IMG/VR virus record: IMGVR_UViG_3300016644_000071
Coordinates: 1-40,026 of that record
From: a virus
Reading direction: 5' to 3' (one strand)
Length of the DNA stretch: 40,026 nucleotides
Within the stretch, counting starts at the first letter, position 1, and the number at the start of each line of letters is the position of its first letter. Both the position numbers and the translations under genes were made by a program. Shown piece after piece: positions 34,252-40,026 of the stretch. The notes under the pieces were generated by a model. It saw only the letters and a program-made list of their open reading frames with translations. It did no database searches and was not told the origin of the DNA.

Positions 34252-34833
34252 TTAAAACGGTAGCTCATCACCTAAAAACTCTTCACTACTTTGTTTGTGA
34301 ACTGATCCGTTATAATTAATTGCAACCTTACCGCTTTTCTCGTCCATATACTCGCTATAGCTAGAGTGTGCTGGGGTGATAATAGTTTTTATTTCATTGC
34401 GGGGCATATCACCTTTATCATTGATGGTAATTTCAGCAACGCATGCAAGGCAATGCAGACTTGCAAAGCTTTTTATTGTTCTTTGTTTTTCTGCTTCCGG
34501 TGATTTGTCCGCTGGATGTAGGCAGTGGGCAGAATTAAGAATAGCTTTGATCATAGCTCTTCCTATTTCTCCGTATTTAGGGGAGTTATCACTATGGAGT
34601 CCGATATTGCTCCAAACCTTTCTATTCTCATATTCCCCACTTAAGATTACAAATTCACAAGCCAAGTATATACTAGTTCCTGATTTGCTAAGCGTTGCAT
34701 AGCCGTCGGTAAATTCATCGGTTACATGATTACCTTTTTTTATCAACAAGCGAACTTTTGCTATGGTTTTATGAGGTATTAGTTCGTAATATATCTGGTC
34801 TTCTGCATCGTTATAATTTGTCCATTTACTCAT
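34252..34833 (-). CDS. candidate ssDNA-binding protein (DUF669/gp2.5-like) with an SSB-type acidic C-terminal tip
   Basis: 193 aa in the replication block. The C-terminus ..SSEEFLGDELPF resembles the bacterial SSB tip (D-D-D-I-P-F) and the acidic, aromatic-ended tail of T7 gp2.5. Confidence 0.4.
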   Translation of the reverse strand: MSKWTNYNDAEDQIYYELIPHKTIAKVRLLIKKGNHVTDEFTDGYATLSKSGTSIYLACEFVILSGEYENRKVWSNIGLHSDNSPKYGEIGRAMIKAILNSAHCLHPADKSPEAEKQRTIKSFASLHCLACVAEITINDKGDMPRNEIKTIITPAHSSYSEYMDEKSGKVAINYNGSVHKQSSEEFLGDELPF

Positions 34834-35128
34834 TTTTGCCCTCCACTAAATTTAATAAAAAATTAATAAAATCTATTTCAAATAGAAGATATATTTTTTC
34901 CCTCAATGTTACGTTTCCGTAATCTTCTACACCCATATTCAAAATATTTTTTAGCTTTTCTTCTGATAAGTTTTTATATAAAATCTTAAGAATTTTTATT
35001 ATATTATCTTTGGTGAGACTAATTTTTAAGATTAGTTTTTTTATTTCCGCATCAACTCCTACCTTTTTTGCTATACTTTCTAATTCTTGTAAATAAAGTT
35101 CTTCGTGTTTAGCTTCAAAATCACTCAT
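34826..35128 (-). CDS. hypothetical protein (100 aa)
   Basis: ORF overlapping both neighbours by 8 nt. Confidence 0.55.
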   Translation of the reverse strand: MSDFEAKHEELYLQELESIAKKVGVDAEIKKLILKISLTKDNIIKILKILYKNLSEEKLKNILNMGVEDYGNVTLREKIYLLFEIDFINFLLNLVEGKNE

Positions 35129-35432
35129 TGTTTTTGTTCCATATGTCAGTTATCTTTTTATCTAAAAAATCAAATATTACTTCTTCTAGTTCATTAAATA
35201 GACAAAAAAGATTTAGGTTTCCATAACGCCCTGTTATAGCACTTCTACTTCTAACTACTACAAACATTTCTTCGTTTTCTTCATTAAACGATTTCTCAAC
35301 ATCTACTCCTATTTTATGAGGGATCGATGTCTTTTGTGTTAAAAAATAACATTCTTCGTCTTTATCATTTATGTCTCTATTACTTATAAATTTTGAATGT
35401 GCTATTATATATTCATATTCTTTTAGATTCAT
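35121..35432 (-). CDS. hypothetical protein (103 aa)
   Basis: ORF in the early operon. Confidence 0.55.
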   Translation of the reverse strand: MNLKEYEYIIAHSKFISNRDINDKDEECYFLTQKTSIPHKIGVDVEKSFNEENEEMFVVVRSRSAITGRYGNLNLFCLFNELEEVIFDFLDKKITDIWNKNNE

Positions 35433-35441
35433 AGTTTTCCT

Positions 35442-35873
35442 CTATTTATTCCTCATTGTTTTTAAAATTTTTCCATATTGCATTTCAAAAAAACCGTCAA
35501 AAGTTACAAACTCCTCATCTGTTAAAGTATCTGGATTTAAATCCATATAATGATTGTATACTGAATAACCCTTTTGATCGTTTCCGTTTATAAAGCCTTT
35601 TTTTACTAGAGAATCAAACACACTTTTTGCATGAGTTTCATCTGCAAGTGTTCTTTCCAAAATATCTAATTTATCTTCTTTTAAAGCTAATTGTCTTTTA
35701 CTGAAACTTGCTGCATTCTTTAAACATGTTGGATTATTCAATAAAATTTCAAATCTATTCAATTGTTCACTAGAACACCGGTTAAGAGTTGCCAATAGAT
35801 TTTCTTTTAAATTATTATCAATATTATTATTCAGGTATAAATAAATAATCTGTTCTTCTAATGTCTTTTTCAT
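35442..35873 (-). CDS. hypothetical protein (143 aa)
   Basis: ORF overlapping the upstream gene by 4 nt. Confidence 0.55.
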   Translation of the reverse strand: MKKTLEEQIIYLYLNNNIDNNLKENLLATLNRCSSEQLNRFEILLNNPTCLKNAASFSKRQLALKEDKLDILERTLADETHAKSVFDSLVKKGFINGNDQKGYSVYNHYMDLNPDTLTDEEFVTFDGFFEMQYGKILKTMRNK

Positions 35874-37279
35874 TTTCCCTCTTGTAATGATTTCCTATGA
35901 TTTTCCAGCCATTCTCTATCCTTTAAGATTTTTTCAGGAGTTAGAACGATTGTTTTTTGGGATTGTGTTTGTTTGTTATAATACAGCTCCAGTGTTATCC
36001 CTGTTTTTACTACAGCATCCTCAAGTATTGTTAGATTGCCTGCTTCTGTTAGTTGGGCAATAAAGAACGGCGCAGCTTCAACAATAATGCTTTTTGGTTT
36101 TTCAATCATTTTCACCAAGCGGTTTGTTAGAATGTTAAGCGTTACTCTATCAGGGATAGCAGCTTTAAAAGCAAGCAAGTTTGATTTCTGATAAGTCGTT
36201 TGTATTTCCTCCGTTGGCTCAGGTGTTATGATCTGCATTGCCAAGGTTACATCAGCGCCATAAACAGACTGGATACATTTGCGTATTTTTGCTTTCTCAA
36301 TGTCGTTTAAAAGCATTTCTTTGGATTGAATACAGACTTTTTGAGGTGTTATTTCAACGAACTTGTAATCATCTTGTATTTCATTTGAACGCTGCTCTCC
36401 AAAAGCTCCGTAAAGAGCTTTGGAGAGTAGCATTTTCCTTAACTGTTTATCATCATCAACTAATTCAGTTTCTGCATATTCCATTTTTGGTATTTCCTCC
36501 TGTTCTGGTAATTCTTCTGGCTTATCCAATACCTTAACCATAAGTTCAGCAAGGCTTGATATTCCTGTGTTTTCACTGCTTCGTTGTTTTCTCTGTAATT
36601 CGATTGTTTTTTCATCAGGAGAAGCAACTTGCTCATGCTGCGCAAGCGAGCAAGGAGCAAAAGTTGCGTGCAGTTCATTTTCAACTTTTTCTTTTTTATA
36701 TATTTTTTCTTTTTCAGAGATAAAACCATTAGCGTAGCTATGGTTTATCTCTTCTTCAGGGTTTTCTTCTTCTTTATATATCTGGAAATTTTTTTCCACC
36801 CGGGTGGAAATTTTTTTCGACTTGGATGGAAATTTTTTTCCACTTGAATCGCTATAAAATGCTAGCGGATTTTTTGCTTTTTCGTATCCGTTTTCAGTGA
36901 GTTTTATTACATAACCATAAGTTCTACTTTTCCCGTGAAAGTTTATATAACTATGATAAGTGAAATTTATAATATCACTTATTTGCTCAAGTAAGTTTAT
37001 GTTTTGTCTACTTGAATTAACTTCGGTAATCTGGGAAAGAAAAGCATGATCAACAAATTCCTCTTTATGAGGATTTTTTAAAATCATCTGCAATAAATTT
37101 GTAAGCAGGTTTCTAGCCTTTAATGAAATCTTTTTACTAGGGTCATTAGCTCTTGTTATATACTGTAAATCCCTGAAAATATTATCAGATAATCTCTTTT
37201 GTTTATTAGTCTTTTTATCGACGTAATATAAACGGGTTTTCTTTATTTCCGAGAATTGTACGACAGCTGCTTTACTCAC
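35870..37279 (-). CDS. putative replication initiator (469 aa, GTG start) containing the origin iterons
   Basis: Has an N-terminal wHTH-like domain and an acidic/basic linker whose DNA carries three iterons plus an AT-rich tract. The organisation parallels lambda O and its ori. Confidence 0.5.
   Translation of the reverse strand: MSKAAVVQFSEIKKTRLYYVDKKTNKQKRLSDNIFRDLQYITRANDPSKKISLKARNLLTNLLQMILKNPHKEEFVDHAFLSQITEVNSSRQNINLLEQISDIINFTYHSYINFHGKSRTYGYVIKLTENGYEKAKNPLAFYSDSSGKKFPSKSKKISTRVEKNFQIYKEEENPEEEINHSYANGFISEKEKIYKKEKVENELHATFAPCSLAQHEQVASPDEKTIELQRKQRSSENTGISSLAELMVKVLDKPEELPEQEEIPKMEYAETELVDDDKQLRKMLLSKALYGAFGEQRSNEIQDDYKFVEITPQKVCIQSKEMLLNDIEKAKIRKCIQSVYGADVTLAMQIITPEPTEEIQTTYQKSNLLAFKAAIPDRVTLNILTNRLVKMIEKPKSIIVEAAPFFIAQLTEAGNLTILEDAVVKTGITLELYYNKQTQSQKTIVLTPEKILKDREWLENHRKSLQEGK
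36783..36843. repeat. three iterons TGGAAATTTTTTTC(C/G)AC at exact 22-bp spacing (36783, 36805, 36827): candidate origin of replication
   Basis: Read directly. Each unit contains the palindrome TGGAAA-TTTT-TTTCCA (copy 2 has one change). An adjacent AT-rich stretch lies at about 36680-36780. Confidence 0.6.
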
Positions 37280-37412
37280 TTTTTTCTCTTAAAATTAAAT
37301 TTAATAATGTTTCTAAATCCTCCCAGAAAACTCCGTGGATTAGTGCCTGATCTCCTATAGTCGTCATCCTCTTTAACCTTTCAGCTATTGTTCTAATTTC
37401 CTCTATTTGCAT
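37272..37412 (-). CDS. possible 46-aa protein (below the ORF-track cutoff)
   Basis: My translation is MQIEEIRTIAERLKRMTTIGDQALIHGVFWEDLETLLNLILREKSE. It bridges the 113-nt gap and overlaps both neighbours. Confidence 0.3.
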   Translation of the reverse strand: MQIEEIRTIAERLKRMTTIGDQALIHGVFWEDLETLLNLILREKSE

Positions 37413-37995
37413 AATAATCCCCCGCCGGTATAATGTTCCAGATATTGGCAATATAAGCCTTCCCCTCTCTTCTTTTTACCTTACCTTTAAAAGCTACCGG
37501 ATCACCTCTCTCCATGTTTTTTAGAGCAGTAAAGTTGGCGTCGTTTTCTTTCAGATCACAAAAAGCGTATTTAAAATTAAGTGTGTCTGCCAAGTTGTAT
37601 ACATCCTTAAAACTGGCAATCTTTGATACTGTATTATTTGATAAAATTTGAGTGTCAATTTGGCAAAACTTCCCGAAGAAAGTCATGTTGTCCTCTGACT
37701 GAGGCTCTAATACCTGAACGAATAGAAATTTCCCCCCTCCTCCAATTGGATAAGGGCTATCAACGCTTAAACCGCGATAATCTTTTCTAATTAAATGTTT
37801 GTCTTCTAAACGACTTAGATACTTTGTTAAAGTAGATTTAGGAATGTCATATTTTTCCGACCAATCTTCTACTTTAAGAAGAAAAAACCCGTCAGGATCA
37901 GGAGTTTCAAGACGCAGTGCTATCCACAATAGCCTTTCGCCAATCTCAACGTTGTAATTATTTAATTCGGTTAGTAAATTCTGATTTATTTTCAT
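37393..37995 (-). CDS. winged-HTH DNA-binding protein (200 aa from the trimmed start)
   Basis: WSEKYDIPKSTLTKYLSRLEDKHLIRKDY is HTH plus wing. The start is trimmed to MKINQ (37995) because 38016-38044 reads as a promoter and the extra 20 aa look non-native. Confidence 0.45.
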   Translation of the reverse strand: MKINQNLLTELNNYNVEIGERLLWIALRLETPDPDGFFLLKVEDWSEKYDIPKSTLTKYLSRLEDKHLIRKDYRGLSVDSPYPIGGGGKFLFVQVLEPQSEDNMTFFGKFCQIDTQILSNNTVSKIASFKDVYNLADTLNFKYAFCDLKENDANFTALKNMERGDPVAFKGKVKRREGKAYIANIWNIIPAGDYYANRGN

Positions 37996-38015
37996 GCTCT
38001 TTTTATAAAAGTCTA

Positions 38016-38044
38016 TTGACATCCATAAAAAGAACTGATACTCT
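38016..38044 (+). promoter_or_regulatory. candidate rightward promoter: TTGACA, 17-nt spacer, TACTCT
   Basis: -35 at 38016-38021 and -10 at 38039-38044. Points into the 720-bp ORF-free region. Confidence 0.35.
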
Positions 38045-38101
38045 ATAACTATCAACGAGTTCTAGCTATAGAAACAAATATATCTGTTTCCTTAGTTTTT
38101 T

Positions 38102-38152
38102 GTTCCTGCTAAGGTTTCATTTACTCGCAAGGTTCTTTACCTTGGTAGGGGC
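38102..38152 (+). repeat. hairpin H1: GTTCCTGCTAAGGT-(23 nt, loop contains GCAAGGTT)-ACCTTGGTAGGGGC
   Basis: 14 bp including 4 G:U. Preceded by a T-run and by the small hairpin GAAACA-(8 nt)-TGTTTC (38071-38090). Shares the 17-mer TTTTTTGTTCCTGCTAA with H2. Confidence 0.7.
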
Positions 38153-38256
38153 TCCTGTTGGTAATTAAAAAGTCGTTTAAAACATAAAAAACGGTTCCAA
38201 GGTTTTATTTATATTCAGCTGCCCAGCATCACAATAAATAAAATTTTACAAAATAT

Positions 38257-38290
38257 GCTCCTCAGTTTTTACTGGGGAGCTATTTTTTTT
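38257..38290 (+). terminator. canonical rho-independent terminator on the plus strand
   Basis: GCTCCTCAG-(6 nt)-CTGGGGAGC, 9 bp with one G:U, followed by TATTTTTTTT. In the minus-strand RNA the G:U becomes an A-C mismatch and there is no U-tail. Confidence 0.7.
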
Positions 38291-38344
38291 GTTCCTGCTA
38301 ATAATCTCAAAAACATGCAAGGTTTTAAAATTATTAGTAGGAAC
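38291..38344 (+). repeat. hairpin H2: GTTCCTGCTAATAAT-(24 nt, loop contains GCAAGGTT)-ATTATTAGTAGGAAC
   Basis: 15 bp with one G:U, at the same stem position as in H1. The distal stem differs from H1 through compensatory changes. Confidence 0.7.
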
Positions 38345-38775
38345 ACCACTTACACCTTTAGTTATATTAGTATAACCTTATCAAACCCATAGTATAGATT
38401 ATGTATAATCCATACTACCTTTTAACCCCTTACACTCCATAGGTTTTTAAGAGTTTATTTTTTACTTTTTTTACTCCTATTTAATATTATGGAAAATAAT
38501 CTAGTATCCAATAATTCTTAATCCCTTTTTATTCGCTAGGAATCCATGCAAGTAAATATACAGATAATCTACAAACCAATTTAATTTTTATAGATATCAA
38601 ATATTTTCTATGTTTTAGCGTAGCATAAAATAAAACCACACGCAATAGCTATTTCTTAAAAATCATACTAAAAAATCATTATTATTAAGATTTTTAGTTA
38701 CCTTATACGTTATTAACACAACTAAAAGTTAGATTTATAAAAATATTAATAACAAAAGGTTATCCCCTACCCTGT

Positions 38776-39081
38776 CTAATCCTTTATTTCGGGATGTATA
38801 GAAAGGTAATAATCTCTCAGAGGAATACTAGCGGCAGATAATATTTCATCCAGATTATACCCTTTGGCAAAAGCTGCCTGTTTTAAAGGAATAAAAATAT
38901 TATCATCTCTAAGTTTTTTCATTAAAAAATCAGACATTTCTTGTACATCATATTTTGTACGTAATCTATACTCATCTAAATGTTTGCAAAGTTCATCTTT
39001 AATAAGATCAAATGTTTTACTAAATTCTATATCTTTTAAAATTTGTTCTGCATAAGGAGTTAGTGATAACATTTCTAGCAC
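38776..39081 (-). CDS. hypothetical protein (101 aa)
   Basis: Third ORF of the leftward early operon. Confidence 0.55.
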   Translation of the reverse strand: MLEMLSLTPYAEQILKDIEFSKTFDLIKDELCKHLDEYRLRTKYDVQEMSDFLMKKLRDDNIFIPLKQAAFAKGYNLDEILSAASIPLRDYYLSIHPEIKD

Positions 39082-39082
39082 C

Positions 39083-39364
39083 CTACTCTGTTTTATCTTT
39101 ATTTAACATCTTCCATATTTGCGGTATTCCAACAATTCCTAAAGAGCTAAAACATCCAGCTCCAAATATTTGAATATTTTTAAACCACTCAAAAATTTCT
39201 TTATTCCCTTGGGCAATAAAATAAAACATTCCCACTAATACAACACATATCAATATTGTTATACATATTATGGCAGTTATTTTTACATTTTTGCTATCTA
39301 GCTCTTTTCTAACGTTATCCAAATCTTTCTTGGCTTCATTAAACAGTTGTTCGTATTTTGCCAT
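39083..39364 (-). CDS. small membrane protein (93 aa, two hydrophobic segments)
   Basis: ITAIICITILICVVLVGMFYFIA and IFGAGCFSSLGIVGI. Function unknown. Confidence 0.55.
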   Translation of the reverse strand: MAKYEQLFNEAKKDLDNVRKELDSKNVKITAIICITILICVVLVGMFYFIAQGNKEIFEWFKNIQIFGAGCFSSLGIVGIPQIWKMLNKDKTE

Positions 39365-39781
39365 TTAAACCCCTTTTACTCTTGATTGGTCTAATGACTG
39401 AAAAAAATTAGATGCTTTTGTATCTGTAGCTGGATAACGTAACCCAAAAGAATCATTAGGGAATAAAATTTTTATTTGTATCCTATCATCATCTAGCAAT
39501 TCCCTTTCTATATTAATTATAGAATCTAAGATAAAGCTTGAGGACTGAATTTTATCTCCTATGTCTATTTTTATTAACCTTTTATTTGTAAGTATATAAA
39601 TAACAACTCCCTCTTTTCCATTGCTTAAGTTGGTATTGATGACTAAATGATTAGCAGGTACATCTCCATTAATAGTAATTGTTACAAAATTACATAGCTT
39701 ATCGTGATCTTGGGTTTTAAGTAACTCTCCTCCTATTTCCCAAATATCTTTTAAGATTTGTTTTATATAGCTTTCCTTCAT
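39365..39781 (-). CDS. hypothetical protein (138 aa from the SD-supported start)
   Basis: GGAGG lies 6 nt upstream of the ATG at 39781. The ORF-track ATG at 39793 is itself part of that SD. Confidence 0.6.
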   Translation of the reverse strand: MKESYIKQILKDIWEIGGELLKTQDHDKLCNFVTITINGDVPANHLVINTNLSNGKEGVVIYILTNKRLIKIDIGDKIQSSSFILDSIINIERELLDDDRIQIKILFPNDSFGLRYPATDTKASNFFQSLDQSRVKGV

Positions 39782-39804
39782 AATTACCTCCATTTATTTA
39801 TCAC

Positions 39805-39840
39805 AGCTTAAGGTACTAGACAAAGTAAGTCAATACTCCC
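39805..39840 (-). promoter_or_regulatory. candidate leftward early promoter (TTGACT, 17-nt spacer, TAAGCT) overlapped by the 11-mer TCAATACTCCC
   Basis: On the minus strand the -35 is at 39833-39828 and the -10 at 39810-39805. The 11-mer at 39830-39840 is identical to 30-40. Confidence 0.5.
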
Positions 39841-39937
39841 CCATCTTTCTAAAATGTTGTTTTGTGTAGCCTGTAAGGGTTGACAAAAAGACTGGACCTA
39901 AAACTGTCACTGTAAAAAGTTTCAGAAGGTCTAAACC

Positions 39938-39991
39938 AAAAGCGTTAAATAAAAAATGTTCTTAACCATAGAACTTTAGTTTAACGCTTTT
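39938..39991. repeat. inverted repeat AAAAGCGTTAAA-(30 nt)-TTTAACGCTTTT with a nested 5-bp hairpin (GTTCT/AGAAC)
   Basis: 12-bp arms at 39938-39949 and 39980-39991, flanked by A and T runs as in a bidirectional terminator. Lies in the divergent control region. Confidence 0.6.
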
Positions 39992-40004
39992 AGCAGCAAA
40001 TGTC

Positions 40005-40026
40005 ACCTATATAATTATCAAAACTT
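40005..40026. repeat. terminal direct repeat, copy 2
   Basis: Identical to 1-22. Confidence 0.9.

Larger units (their letters stand above)
38051..38290 (+). ncRNA. candidate ~240-nt structured plus-strand RNA (promoter to intrinsic terminator)
   Basis: Bounded by the candidate promoter and a canonical terminator. Contains hairpins whose G:U pairs exist only in the plus-strand transcript. No ORF of 60 aa or more. Confidence 0.3.
1..40026. mobile_element. complete, circularly closed tailed-phage genome (podovirus-like structural synteny), unique length 40,004 bp
   Basis: Exact 22-nt overlap of the two ends. Full set of TerL, portal, scaffold, capsid, tail, lysis, recombination and replication genes, tightly packed with many 1-20 nt gene overlaps. 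Confidence 0.85.

Noticed and set aside
34376-36847. ORFs inside the SSB-like and initiator genes: plus-strand antisense ORFs 34376-34702, 36238-36537, 36420-36737 and 36629-36847, and the minus-strand alternate-frame ORF 36460-36729
   Set aside because: All are nested in longer, operon-consistent minus-strand ORFs. Several owe their length to the A/T-run iteron and AT-rich origin region.
38255-38407. 50-aa plus-strand ORF (MLLSFYWGAIFF...) in the non-coding region
   Set aside because: It starts inside the terminator stem and runs through hairpin H2. It has no SD. The RNA-structure interpretation explains the sequence better.
38864-39055. 63-aa plus-strand ORF opposite 38776-39081
   Set aside because: It is an antisense shadow within the leftward early operon.
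33729-39793. Longer ORF-track starts for three genes (34271, 38055, 39793)
   Set aside because: Internal ATGs at 34229 and 39781 have strong AAGGAGG/GGAGG SDs at correct spacing, and the 39793 ATG is itself part of that SD. The 38055 extension would cover a promoter-like sequence and adds a hydrophobic, aromatic peptide unlike the rest of the protein.
39880-39925. TTGACA at 39880-39885 as another promoter in the control region
   Set aside because: No acceptable -10 hexamer lies at 16-19 nt spacing on that strand.
1-40026. Integrase, excisionase, CI-type repressor or attP indicating a temperate lifestyle
   Set aside because: I recognised no tyrosine- or serine-recombinase motifs and no LexA-like peptidase repressor. 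The small wHTH and RHH proteins are insufficient evidence for lysogeny. Absence by eye is not proof.

Overview
The window is one complete, visibly AT-rich tailed-phage genome. Bases 1-22 recur exactly at 40005-40026, so the contig closes on itself (unique length 40,004 bp).

About 34 kb is read leftward on the minus strand, in three blocks:
- An early/replication block (39781 down to 32542). It holds winged-HTH proteins, a putative replication initiator whose own coding sequence carries three 22-bp-spaced iterons, an SSB-like protein ending in GDELPF, and an ankyrin-repeat protein.
- A terminator- and hairpin-delimited cassette (32154 down to 30854). It has an HD-domain alarmone-hydrolase-like gene and an unannotated 46-aa RHH gene, behind a promoter overlapped by palindromic operators.
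- A packaging/virion operon (30714 down to 6999). Its order is HTH protein, TerL, patatin-like phospholipase, a 1495-aa mosaic tail fibre, portal, scaffold, major capsid, adaptor- and nozzle-like proteins, three tandem paralogous fibre genes, and three ejection-protein-like genes. The order resembles a T7-type podovirus structural module, but no phage RNAP or DNAP is present.

A 5.5-kb rightward arm (101 to 5608) carries a wHTH regulator, a YqaJ-exonuclease/RecT pair and a lysis cassette (holin candidate, GH24 endolysin, a DUF1064 nuclease inserted, overlapped i-/o-spanins). It ends in a second SpoT-like HD hydrolase that converges on, and overlaps, a ProP-like MHS/MFS transporter gene.

I recognise no integrase, CRISPR array, tRNA or rRNA.

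The most interesting points are:
1. An accessory repertoire (two hydrolase-only RelA/SpoT homologues, a ProP-like transporter, an intact patatin lipase wired into the late operon, an ankyrin protein) that resembles the mobile cargo of Rickettsiales-type intracellular bacteria.
2. The insulated HD/RHH cassette.
3. Up to four receptor-binding proteins, including a highly repetitive giant fibre.
4. An origin embedded in the initiator gene.
5. A 720-bp ORF-free region with a plus-strand promoter, a canonical plus-strand intrinsic terminator and two covarying hairpins. These suggest an unannotated structured RNA antisense to the main transcription direction.

All functional calls come from motifs read by eye and from synteny. 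None has been checked against a database.
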